Source of the DNA: Balanoglossus misakiensis
Lineage: Eukaryota; Animalia; Hemichordata
Reading direction: 5' to 3'
Length of the DNA: 64,000 nucleotides
NCBI GenBank assembly: GCA_040954595.2
Contig: CM082585.2
Span: 3,936,902 to 4,000,901, forward strand
Positions 13,686 to 26,242 of the stretch are shown here, in pieces. The position numbers were made by a program, and so were the translations under genes. Below the pieces are notes generated by a model, which was not told where the DNA came from, did no database searches, and saw only the letters and a program-made list of their open reading frames with translations. Every line of letters begins with the position of its first letter. The first letter of the stretch is position 1.

Positions 13686-15366
13686 GATGCATGCATGCAT
13701 GCATTCATACAGACAGACAAGTTTGACTTTTCAAAATACCTGTTTTCAAATGCTCTTACCGTCAATTCGAATGGACGAATGCTCCAACTGCTTTGTCGTA
13801 ACTGCTAATTCTTAGAGTAGCAATACAATTAAAACAGCTGAGGTCATATCATGTGATAGTGTAGTCCACCTAATGCGTACGCCAATCAGTGGCAGGTTTA
13901 CACAAAAAAAAAAACAGTCGGCTTCAATTTTCAATACCAGATCCAGTGTTTTCAATGTGATACTCAGCCTGCGAGTACGACTTCTCCAAAGGGACAACGG
14001 ATTCCTAACATATGTTGTTTCCCAATCTTTTACGGAAAACCATTCTCTTGTTTTATTATGGAATGGTCGATTTTAACCAGGAATGGATTCCTAATAAAGA
14101 GGCAGGACGGGGAGGGGGTTACAGGTGATCCTCTCTCGAGAGGTCTGTTGGTGTTTGTCAGATAGTTTTTAAAAGGCCATTTGCATCTTTGAATTTTGGG
14201 TCCGAATCCGAATCTGAATTTTTGACAAATGTTGCATTACTATATTTCACGGCATGCGCATCGTAATCTTTGCCTGCTATTCTGTGAAGTTTGCCCTAGT
14301 CTCAATATAAGGTTTCCATTTAATTCTGCAAATTATCCCGGCGGAATTGTTTTGGTGGGTAGATAGCTTGTCTTATGTTAGAAATTTAAATGATGCTCTT
14401 GACTAGTCTTGTATCCTTGTCACGTACCACATTTTGACAGGGTCAGTCTGGTCTTACGATAAATTACCATTGTGACGATAGACCATGATATCCTTTGTGT
14501 AGAAATGAAACGAACAAACACATCAATGTACCTGTCACTGTTTGACGTCTGGCGATTGCCTTCGGACAGTGCCCATGGCATCGCATAAATATTTACTTCT
14601 ACAGTCTGTTAGTTTTACCATTGCAACAAAAGACCATGATAAACTTTAACACTGGGTATAGAAATGAAATGAACAAACACTTCAATGTACCTGGCACTGG
14701 CGTTTATTTACGTACAGGGCCCATGGTAACGCAAAAACATTTACTTATCCTTTTAACCCTTTCGAACAAGTTGTTTTCCTAAAAGCGAAAACTCAAGAAA
14801 ACCAAAATGACGGTAAAATATGTTTATCTGTTCACCTCAGTATCGTAACACCAACTTTAAAAATTTTTTTTTTTATTGAAAATCAACCATCAACAGTATC
14901 CACAATATCTCTTGTCTCAATAATGAGCGTACATGTATATATCGAATTAATCTCTCAAAATAGAGAAAGGGGTGGGGGGGGGGGGGGAGTACGCTTCAAT
15001 ATTCCCTATCGAGCTTGAATATTCTTTACCTGTTGGGTCAATTAAAAAAAAAACAGACAAAAGAAAGAAGACAAAGACAAACAGCAGGCAGACACCCTAA
15101 GTCTCCTTACAAAATACTCATAATCTTGTCACTAAGAACCACCGACATTAGTTCAACACACAGATTTACATGGGAGATTTAAACAGTGATACTTAAAAGT
15201 ACCGTGAATGGAAGTTTAAACAACAAAATCTTTCCATTTATTCCTTTTCTTTTGGAGATAAAGAATTCCATATATTGGACATAACTAACTTCTGTTCTAA
15301 GTAAAGAAAAATTGGGTAATTCCTTCTTTAGTTTATATTTATAGATACACATCTTATACGATATAA

Positions 15367-16497
15367 TAGTCCGGCCGCCAAATCCACTTTTTTTGCCGAA
15401 CCTTGTTTTGGCGTCTAAAGTTTTTTTTAAAGCGGATTCTGCTTGCATAGATCACCAGAGTGAAAGAAATGGTTACTGGAGCTCCGTCAGTGTTGAGCAA
15501 TTTGAGATAATTAGCATAAAAAAATGGCCGCCAAATGATTTCAAATTATCAATATATAGGCCGGCTGCCAAATCCGCTGTTTGTGACGAACCCTGTATTA
15601 GTGTCATCAGAGATTTTAAAGCGGATTCTGCTTGCATAGATCACCAGAGTGAAAGAAATGGTTACTGGAGCTCCGTCAGTGTTGAGCAATTTGAGATAAT
15701 TAGCATAAAAAAATGGCCGCCGAATGATTTCAAATTATCAATATATAGGCCGGCTGCCAAGTCCGCTTTTTGTGACGAACCTTGTATTAGTGTCATCAGA
15801 GTTTTTAAAGCGGATTCTGCTTGCATAGATCACCAGAGTGAAAGAAATGGTTACTGGAGCTCCGTCAGTGTTGAGCAATTTGAGATAATTAGCATAAAAA
15901 AATGGCCGCCGAATGATTTCAAATTATCAATATATAGGCCGGCTGCCAAGTCCGCTTTTTGTGACGAACCTTGTATTAGTGTCATCAGAGTTTTTAAAGC
16001 GGATTCTGCTTGCATAGATCACCAGAGGGAAAGAAATGGTTACTGGAGCTCCGTCAGTGTTGAGCAATTTGAGATAATTAGCATAAAAAAATGGCCGCCG
16101 AATGATTTCAAATTATCAATATATAGGCCGGCTGCCAAGTCCGCTTTTTGTGACGAACCTTGTATTAGTGTCATCAGAGTTTTTAAAGCGGATTCTGCTT
16201 GCATAGATCACCAGAGTGAAAGAAATGGTTACTGGAGCTCCGTCAGTGTTGAGCAATTTGAGATAATTAGCATAAAAAAATGGCCGCCGAATGATTTCAA
16301 ATTATCAATATATAGGCCGGCTGCCAAGTCCGCTTTTTGTGACGAACCTTGTATTAGTGTCATCAGAGTTTTTAAAGCGGGTTCTGCTTGCATAGATCAC
16401 AAGAGTGAAAGAAATGGTTACAGGAGCTCCGTCAGTGTTGAGCAATTTGAGATAATTAGCATAAAAAATGGCCGCCAAATGATTTCAATTATCAATG
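15367..16497. repeat. 189-bp tandem array (~6 units) made of the element's left TIR
   Basis: agcggattctgc recurs at 15431, 15620, 15809 and onward; each unit restarts with taggccggctgcca, similar to the terminal tagtccggccgcca; the reverse complement of the unit matches the right TIR. Confidence 0.95.
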
Positions 16498-17099
16498 TAA
16501 GAGATATAGAAATCACCTTTATAGTGCGAAAACAGGTTAGTTGTCATAATTGAGTATATTTAAATACTAATTTGCATAAGTTAACGCTCCATGACGTATA
16601 TACAAGTATTGTAAACCCTAAACATGAGTTACATACACGTTTTAACCAGATGAATGTTAATCTTTGCCGCAAAGGAATATGGCCGTCACTGTAGTAAAAT
16701 GAAAAATACAATGAAAACATTGCATTTCTCACTTTAGAACTTCATAAACAAAGCATGATCTCATCCAGTAGAACACATGGAAGTAAATGTACTCCACTGA
16801 GACATTGGATTTTTATTTTTCATTGCACAAAACTTGCGGAAATGTTTCACTATACTGATATTCCTTTCATTTTTGGCCATTTTATCATAAATTCATAAAT
16901 AAGTGTTTTCTTGATATACTATCAGGCAATATCATTTATTACACCTAATTAAAAGTACAGTGTAGATCAGAGATTATTTAAAGCTTAACTGTTTTTTATA
17001 AGTTGAACTGTATAAACGCAGATTATAACGTATTCTCTAAACTACAATAAACTACATTGAAATGTACATTAAAATGTACTAGACATTGTTCTGATCATA

Positions 17100-17560
17100 T
17101 TTGTGTGTTTCCAAATGAGTGTATGCAATCCTGAAAGACCCGTATACATATCCTTTATCTGTATCTCGGATAAAGATACACCTATTAAAAATGTTCGAGC
17201 AGAATGTCTCATTAGTCAACATGAGTTTTTTCCGGGATTTTAAGATTTGTTTACAAGGGATGGACAAAATAAACATTGGCCAAATTTTAGACAAGGATAT
17301 AATGAATAAAGTTAGCAACATTCTTATGATTCAGGACACACCTACAGCCTCCTATTCCTATATAAACACCATGGGAAGGAAACTGTCCCATTACAACAGA
17401 GACTAACATTACTGATGAAACAGGCTTTCTTTGGTGGCAGTCGTAGGCATGAGCATATTGTCATTAAACACAACTCAGGCTATATTTTTCAACAATGATG
17501 CCAAATGTAAATACACCGATGTTGAAATAATAAGAATGCTGAACTTCCTGTTACCTTTCT
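17100..17560 (+). mobile_element. Possible degenerate Penelope-like retroelement fragment nested in the Academ-like element
   Basis: Peptides QGMDKINIGQIL..PTASYSYINTMGRKLSHYN and KYTDVEIIRMLNFLL resemble, from memory, invertebrate Penelope-like ORFs; PLE-like end text (cctgccccacatgtgacacccgtc) also at ~44960 and ~63960. Confidence 0.4.
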
Positions 17561-19874
17561 ATACATCCATATGGAGCCAAGTTTATGTAATCTCTACGAA
17601 ATATGATGTAAAACTATTGCTTGTAAATGTTCCAGTAACACCTTAGATAAGTCGTCGATTTCATAATTGTGAACTATCCTACTATATGTGACCTACGGGT
17701 AGTCATAACCAGCTATAACCCTATAACCACTGAAATTAAATACAAACACTGGTCCCCAGATCGCATTTGTGATTCGCCTCGAAATAATGTACTGATCAGC
17801 TGAACGAGATCTTTCAACCTTCAAATCTCTGTTCACACTTTTATCCTGAAAACACTAGATAAAACTGTAAAGTCTTCCGATCTATCCCTTTGATGTGCGT
17901 TTTCGAAAAGAACTGGTGTGGAAGATGTTAAGCTTCTTATTTTAAATTCATTTATAGAAACAACTTGAGAAACCTGAAGGAATGCGCAAGAAGACCTTTA
18001 TAAAAATCAAGTAGAAATTGTCCCGACTCACACATACCTTGGCTCCATTTTTGATAATACATTAAAATGGGATGCCAACACGTATTTTGTAGTGAGAAAG
18101 AGCAGTGTTTGTATTTTTAAAGGAAATTGGCATCGTTTAGATAAGAAAGGGAAATTCATTCATTTAAAGCGTTCTAACATTTTCCTTCAGTTGACTGCTG
18201 CCTATCTGTCCTTAAAAGTAAAAAAATGCTGGAAAAGACAAGGCAGTTCCAAAATAATCTGCACTCCTGTTAGAAATTAGCAATGTTTTTTTTATAATCA
18301 ACAGGTATTTCGCAAAGCTTGCACAATCGATCCTTCAACATCCATGATTTATCACCATAGTTTAACTTCCTCCTCGTTCATTTTTAAAGGTTTCAGCTTG
18401 CAGGTTGAACAGGCACAAACATTCAGCTTTTAAACGATATGAGTTGATTGATGTTCCATGTGTATCCTTGCCCTTTTTAAATGTTCGAAATGTTTTCACA
18501 ATGTGTATGTATGTTTTTCAAGAGTCATTGTTTGCCAAGTTTTGTGATGAATAAACAAAACTCCCGAGATGCGGTAAAGTTTGCAACTAATATGAGGAAT
18601 TTAAAATTAGACACAGCTTATTACCTTTAAAACGAAATTGAGGCAGACATTCTCTGACTTTCGCAGAATAATTTACGAAATTCAGTGGTATCTAAAGAGA
18701 CTTTGTAATTCCAAATATGACTCATCAGTCACTCAAATGGCAAGTGACAGTATTTCTGGATTTGACTCACAATAATAGTTTGGCATTTTGGTAAATTACA
18801 CTTTAGTTTGTTCCTTTTGGTCAATCTTGACTGGGGTAACATTCTCGCATGATACGTTGTCCAATTCGGGACACCTGGTACGGCCACTTCAAGTAGTTCA
18901 AGGCGATAAAATATAGCAACTGCCATTATCAATTATTTCTTGGAGCTGGTAATTTTACCTCGTATGATAATGATTATTGGACTGGATATGACGGCATTAT
19001 GTTGCCTTTGAGAAAGGGCGAAGGATTACCTGGCTGCTCATGATAAATGTGTGATAATCAACATTAATTTTGCGAAAGAAGATTTATGTACTTGCAATTC
19101 TCCCGACTTTTTATAGATTTTTGCTACCCAGGTGAGTAATAAAAGTCTCATCTGGTCGACACAATTCCAAGATGGCCGAGTTTTTGCCATGTTTAAGAAA
19201 TGGGAGTTCATAAGCTAAAGTGATATTCGGTCATTCCGATACTTTGTAACTAAAAAAATTTTTAAATGTAAAAAAAGTTGATTGACTTTAATATGTCAAC
19301 TTCAAAGCAGAAATGTTTGACCAAAGGAAGTCATGAAATACATTAAACATATAATGTCTTCTATCTATTACTCTAGTGAATTGTCTACTTTTTACCCATA
19401 ATGCAATTATTATGGGATTTTACCCTCTAGCACAAAGTGAAAAACTATTTAAGGTGGCCAGAATTATAAAACAGTGATAAGAAATGTTTTAAAATGACTG
19501 CACGTAGCAAAATACATATGTAAAAGTTATTCAACAAAAACAGACGTTCACAGATGGCCACCATCTTGAAATTATGCAAATTAGCTCATTATAAATGGCA
19601 ACATTTATTTTCTAGTTTGTCTTAAGCGACAACTTGGTGAAATAAATGATAAAAACAAAGCTACAGGGTGTATAACGTTCGTTTGACTCTTCTTTCTCAG
19701 CCAAAATGCAATACGTTGGCGGCCATTTTGATTATGCTAATTTATTCAAATTGCTCAATGCTGACAGAGCTCCAGTAACAATTTTTTTCACTTTGGTGAT
19801 CTATACAAGCAGAATCCGCTTTAAAAAAAACTTTAGACGCCAAAACAAGGTTTACCCCTCTGGCGGCCGGACTA

Positions 19875-20410
19875 TAACAATCTGATTCAAAAGAGGTGAC
19901 CAGTTTTTTCCCCCAAGTATTATCTGTTTTGGGGTTGGGTCAAGTGCACATTTTAAAATCTTGTGCCATAAAGTATACATTTCAGCCCATAACTTTTTAA
20001 CGAAATCACAATTCTTAATTATATGTACTTATGTTTCTGGTGCATCTTGACAAAAAGAACACAAGTTTGAGTTTACTAATGGATATTTCATCCTATATAA
20101 CATTGCATTTGTGAAAAGAATATTATGGTTAATTTTCTATTGGAATTCACGATATTTACTGAAAATAGTGACTCTAAAAGGCAAATTATAAATAAATTTC
20201 CAATCCATGTCTTCATTAAAAAGTTGTTGAAAACATCTGACTTTTGGGCACAAGAAAAAAGCGTTTACAGACGATGTTTCTTAGCTGTTTAGTAGTCGAT
20301 TGTTACAATGGATATGACTTCTCCTTACAAAAGTAAAACAGTGTTAACTGGTCTTACACATTCTGGTTTACAGAATTTCCAGTTTGAAGGTAAAGAAGAA
20401 ATTAACACCA
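19875..20410 (-). mobile_element. L1/Tx1 relic, copy B (continues at ~15180-15366)
   Basis: Near-identical to ~7038-7570; split by the Academ-like insertion. Confidence 0.75.
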
Positions 20411-22663
20411 ACTTCTTAATAGAAGACAATAATCACAAAATGTTGTTTTTTTTCTTACAGAAAAATATTGCAATTTCCTTTTAACATATGGATTTTTAGA
20501 CATAAAGCCATACTTAAATAGTAAATCGTCTCAAAAAACCATTGTAAGAATATAACATGATAACCTTTGATACAAAAAACACAACTGAAAAAAGCTAATA
20601 TCAGACTTAAATCCCGGAACGTAATTTCTCCATGCGACATTATGGAACATGGGTTTATTAACAAACACGAATTTCAAGCAACTAAACGGTAGAACAAAAA
20701 CAACCACCACTTCTTTTCAGATGTCCTTATGTTGATATGTAATTTAATTGATGTTCTTAACTATTTTGGTATCCAAGTCACGAACCACATTATGACAAGG
20801 TAAATTACCATTGTAAGAATATAACACGATAACCTTTGATACTGGCTATATAAATTAAATGAACAAACGCTTCAATGTACCTGGCACTGTTTGGCGTCTG
20901 ACGATTGTCGTCCGACAGTTCCGCATGAAAAATTACTTTCACAGTCTGTTGGTCTTAAGATGAATTACCATTGCAACAAAAGACCATGATAAACTTTGAC
21001 ACTGGGTATAGAAATGAAACGAACAAACACTTCAACGTACCTGTCACAGCGTGGCGTCTGGCGTTTATTTACGGACAGGGCCCATGGTAATGCATAAATA
21101 TTTACTTATATCCTTTTAGCCCTTTCGAACTATAATGCATAAATATTTACTTATATCCTTTTAGCCCTTTCGAACTAGTTCTTTTGCTAAAAGCGAAAAC
21201 TCAAGAAAAACAGAAAAAAGACGCAAAACTATGTTTATCTGCTCACATTGGAATCGTAATACCAACTTCTTAAGAGAAGCCCAAAATCACAAAAGTTGTG
21301 TTTTTTCTTATAGAAAAATATTGCAATTTCCTTTTAACATGGATTTCTAGACATAAAACCATACTTAAATAGTAAATCGCCTAAAAAACCGCATCTAGAT
21401 TCGATATACAGGTAGATCAAGTATGATTTTCCCGTATTGCCAATTGGCGCCTATAGATTATGATCCGAGTACACAGCATTTCATGTAGAAACACGTCCAA
21501 GTAAAAAGTTATACATTTTCTAATATGCTGATGAAGGCAACTTTAAATTATACATTTTGTCAATTGAGAATAAAAATTGGGTCACAGCGAAATTTCTTTA
21601 ATAAATACAAAACACGCTTAACCATGCTTTCTCATTTGTGTGTTGTTGTGTTTTTTATACAAAACTAATCCACACTCATATGTAGAAAAGAATGTAAAGG
21701 ATTGGATAGATATCGTGCAAACTGACTTCTTTTTGAGAGGTTAATTGGTTTTTGTTTTCATATTTGTCGAATATCCTAGAAGAAATGCCCAACTTGGTGT
21801 CTAAACCACACTCATCTAATTGGCATAAAATTAATACAATATCATAATGGCCAATTTAACTTGATTGTTGAGGTCCAGGCTATCAGCACCTGTTACAAAA
21901 TATAAATTCATTCTTGTTTTAAATGTTAAAGTTATTTAATAAGTATCGTCCTTGCAAAGCAACATATTTAAGAAATTACAAGAACTATAGATCTGTTCTT
22001 CAGAAGGCCATTTCAAGAACATGTTTGATTCAAATATTTTACATTCATACCTGAGCGAATGAGACGCTCTTGAAATTTAAAATAAAATGGCAATACTTTG
22101 AAGAACAGTACTATTACATAGTACATGTCATTTTAATGTACTGTTCAATCTGTCATGTCCGTTTCTGAGAATAACTGTTACTTAATGTAGTTTCCTTTTA
22201 ACTTGACCTGGACCATAAACATGTAATTTGTAAACATTTGAGTTATTGAGTAATTAACTAAAAATGAATAATAGGTTGCTTTATTGGTATTTTAATGTTA
22301 CCAAATTATTTTTAATCTACGCGCGCGCATCATGCGTTGCAAAATTGTGGTTTGTCTTCTCTGCATCACTTTACGTCATCTGCCTCAGAGACATTTAATT
22401 TTGTGAGAGAGATCTATTAGGATTGCAAATATTTGTTGTTCATTTTAGTAACAAAGAAGCGTTATTAATTATATGAGGCGAACGTGATGATAGCGGAGAT
22501 TTGCATTAATAGTTTAGGAAATCTTGGTAGTGCTAGCTGACGCAATATCATTCTTCAGTACTCAGTACAAATGAAAAGCAAACGGTTCAAGCATTTTAGC
22601 GACCGAATTGTCTGTAGCATTTTGCATATAAACGCTGAATTTAATTGTATCCATGTTTCAGAT

Positions 22664-24868
22664 ATGGCTCATATGACAAGGATGTCCACCGTTGCCGTGG
22701 TTGGCCTTGCTGGCAGTGGTAAAAGTGCAACAGCAAACACCATTCTAGGCAGGACCGCGTTCCACAGCCAGAAATCCATGGGTGTCACAACTTGGAAAAC
22801 CTGCGCCGATCAACGAACAGATGAAGCGAGCGTCCTTGTCATAGATACCCCTCCTCTTCCCGATTGCCGTGAAGACAGGATACCCATCGATGAGACAGCC
22901 AGAGAGTTAAGCAGATGTTGGGATATCGCCAGACAAAGAGGAAATAAAGGTCTGGATGCAGTTCTGCTGACTTTGAACGCCAACGACAGAATATCCGAAG
23001 AATGCATCGATAGTATCAAATTTCTTGAAACTCTCTTCGGAAGCGAGCTCAACTCATACATGATTTTGGTCTTCACTAGACTGGATCAACTAAGAAAGGA
23101 TAAAACCGGTCTCAAAGATCTGTTATCAGACAGTCCAGACTACCTGAAACAACTGATCAAGGACTGTGGTGACCGCTACATTGGATTTGATAATAAGGAG
23201 CCAGACCAAGATAAGAAAGTCGCCCAAGTGATCGATCTTGTAACAATGATAAGAAATATGAAGCAAGTAAATCGCATTCCGTTCGAGGTCGACATTAGGC
23301 GGAATATGCAGACAGCGATTCAATCCCACAAGAAGGCCTGTGCTGATAGAGCACGCAAAATGGAGCGTTCTGCATCAGAAGCGGTGGCATCATACGCGAA
23401 AGCCTTCCCTAGTACAAGCGATCCAATGCCGGAGCAGGTTTATTTCGAACCGGTTGCAGCTGCTGGACTTCCATCAAGTCATTTGAGGTGAGGCTTTGAT
23501 GAGGACGTTGGTTAAGTGTTATAGCTACATTATTTTATTCCCTTTTATAATGGCCAACCTACAATGAAAATAATGTGAACTAAACATGTTGCATTTTAAA
23601 AGGCACACTTCTTATAGTGATAGCGTTTGAGAATTTTACATAGAAGTGTCCTTATGGAGTAACAGAGAAAGAAGAGACCTCTCGTCCTCGATTTTTAGGG
23701 TTCGATTCCTATCGTATAGCTCTGCGTCGTTTTTTTAAAGTGAAATCAAAGTTTGTATACAAAAAGTTCGCCCAAATTGTCATTACGTATTAGACGTGAA
23801 CCTGTCTGTGTTTTTAAGTAACTGTCAAGAAAGTGTCCGGTTTACTAGTAAACAAAGGAATGGCAGGTGATAATTACAATAGGTTTAAGAACAAAATGCA
23901 TGGACACAATGCAAAGTGAGGCATAACGATTTTAATTTTAATATTTTAATATATTCTATTCGATGATCATTATATCGATCATATCTTTATTTCGAGAATG
24001 TATTTTTAAAATTTCAGAGGACATTCAGCTCTGACACCAGTAATCTCACAAAAAACTAACGCGTATTATACTTGAGGTATTTGGCACCTGTTAATGTTTT
24101 TATCATATTATCGATTTTAGGAACGAAGGCGAACGTCAAGGAAGAACACTTGCTTTGGCAGTCGTTGGTTTAACTGGAACCGGTAAAAGTGCAACAGCGA
24201 ATACAATTCTAGGCCGGGCCGCGTTCCAGAGTCGGCGGACTATGACTGTCACAACCACGCAAACTAGCGCCGAACGACGCACAGATGAACCGAATCTCTT
24301 TGTCATAGACACCCCTCCTCTACCCGATAGCAATGAAGCAATGTTAACAGAGACTATAGCGGAAGAGCTGAGTAGGTGTTGGAAACTTGCCCACCAAGAA
24401 GGAAGTAAAGGTTTGGATGCAGTCGTTCTGACTTTCAACGCTAATGATCGCTTAACGGAGGAACACGTCCATGGATTCGAGTTTCTTTATGGGCTGATTG
24501 GTGAAGATCTGATGAAATACCTGATTGTGGTATTCACGAGGGAAGACCAACTTGCAAAGGAAGGCATAGGATTGAAGGAGCTATTGCGCGACAGTACACC
24601 AGACTTGTCGTCTTTGCTGCAGAAATGCAACAATCGTGTCTTAGCATTTGATAACAAGACAAAAGACACGAGTGCGAAAGAGAAGAAAGTGGAAGATCTG
24701 GTAAAAATGATAAGAAGCATGAGAAAAGAAAACGGCAATATCCAGCTTACAGTTGATGTTATGAGCAAATACAAACGTGCAAGTGAGTCATACGGTGTTG
24801 CAGCTGCAAAGAGAGCCCAAAAACATCACCGGTACGAATTACAGCAACAGAGGTGTTGTTTGTCATAA
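22664..24868 (+). CDS. Tandem two-domain AIG1/GIMAP protein (523 aa predicted; exons 22664-23487 and 24121-24868), G3 = DTPP in both domains, CaaX CCLS; paralog B
   Basis: Acceptor tttcAG at 22660-61 then ATG 22664; donor GAG|GTGAGG after 23487 (phase 2) joins acceptor ttttAG at 24119-20 in frame (AG+G=Arg, then NEGERQGRTLALAVVGLTGTGKS). Both halves have G1 GxxGxGKSATANTILG, a DR(I/L)(S/T)EE box, FTRxD and FDN. Confidence 0.85.
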
Positions 24869-26124
24869 AAATTTTGACATGGTCAAAAGTCGAAGCTATG
24901 GTTGGGTTTTTATAACGTTTTATGTTGATTACACTTTACTGTTATGAAGGAGTCAAACACATGAAACGTTTTTTGTTTTCAAATTGATAGAAACATTTTT
25001 AGTAAACAAAATTGTGTATTTTTCATCTGTATGTGTAACAAATAAAAAAATTATAACGCGGGAACATGAAAAACTCAAGTTATTATAATATCATAAACGC
25101 TAATATGACTTGCTTGCAAAAACAGTGATTTACGTACACCTATGATAGTATCAATGCTCAAAAGTGACTGGCCAAAATAGCCAAAATGTACGATTCCCTT
25201 TCAAACCTTGTTAGCTCAAGGCAATTTAAGACATTTCTCTCTTCAAATTGAGAAGAAAGCAATTAGGGTGTCACCGTTCACAGTTTTAAAGAATTCGAAG
25301 GTAGCAACATTGTCCTCAATTTCGAATTCGAAATGGCTGTCATTACCTATGTTAACAATATGGCGAACATTTAAATTAGCCACTTTTATAGCAACAAAAC
25401 GGTGAACACCTATTCAGTTTCATTATTTAACGTTTATACCATATCAGTTGGGTTCCGATCTTCCGCGCATCAAATTAATTGTAGACGTACACGTGTCCTA
25501 TAGAAAAAGTAAGAAACAAGAGAATATTCTGACAATTATTTGAGGCACTGCATGTATACATTTAGCGTTAAATAATAACTACTTGTATTCCGGTTTATTA
25601 ATAACAACTAATTGCATTGCATACGTTGACACTTGTGACTTTTGTGTGTACTGTATGGCATTTTATTCAGAAATAAATTTAGAAGGTTAAATTAAGAAAT
25701 TATTTGGACGTCTAAATTTATACAAACGTACGAGTGATCTAAATGGATTGCGACATGAAGCTGTGAAACTCACTAAGAAATTCTATAGGCAAGAGGAAAT
25801 CGCACTGAACAATCGACAAGTAAAGTAACATTTTGCATAATTTGCTTCAATGGTAGTTCAGGGTAAATTTTAACTCAGGTGTTCACTCACGTGAGCTAAT
25901 GACAATATCAGTCACTCTGTCTGTCAGTATGCATGTTTGTACAGGCGCGATATCTTAACAAATGTGGTACACAGGCACATATTTTGAACGGCAAGAACTG
26001 ATTATATTCCGACTGGCGTGGCTTTCATACTGATGCTGTTAAAATGCAACTTGCTTGTCAATAGTATTTTCAACAAATGCTCCAAAAATTGAATTTTGAA
26101 AGGGGACTATTTTTTTCATTCTCA

Positions 26125-26242
26125 CAGACAGACAGACAGACAGACAGACTGACAGACCGACAGACAGACCAACCGACAGACAGACATACATACCGACCGA
26201 CAGACAGACAGACAAACAGTCAGACAGACAGACAGACAGACA
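26125..26242. repeat. (GACA)n microsatellite, imperfect
   Basis: Seen directly. Confidence 0.95.

Larger units (their letters stand above)
15367..19874. mobile_element. Academ-like DNA transposon (4.5 kb, no intact transposase ORF), inserted into the L1/Tx1 relic
   Basis: Termini TAGTCCGGCCGCCA...TGGCGGCCGGACTA; ~160-bp imperfect TIR (right arm ~19718-19874); TSD TAA (15364-15366 / 19875-19877); empty site gataTAAcaatct at ~7034-7046. Confidence 0.82.
13051..20460. repeat. Segmental duplication copy B
   Basis: See copy A; lacks the LINE and the 4053-6614 element but carries the 15367-19874 element. Confidence 0.9.

Noticed and set aside
15393-16553. 386-aa repeat ORF as a real gene
   Set aside because: The repeat is TIR DNA, the start is a non-ATG codon inside the TIR, and openness follows from a 189-bp unit; kept only as a hypothesis in findings.
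22571-22663. N-terminal extensions of ORFs 22571, 28233, 34539 and 39492
   Set aside because: They lie across or just after splice acceptors, or use TTG; paralog alignment supports the downstream ATGs.
24018-24076. Mini-exon inside the GIMAP B intron
   Set aside because: With the 24077 donor it includes an in-frame TGA; the alternative donor at 24063 is weak and leaves a 58-nt intron; the direct splice is already in frame.
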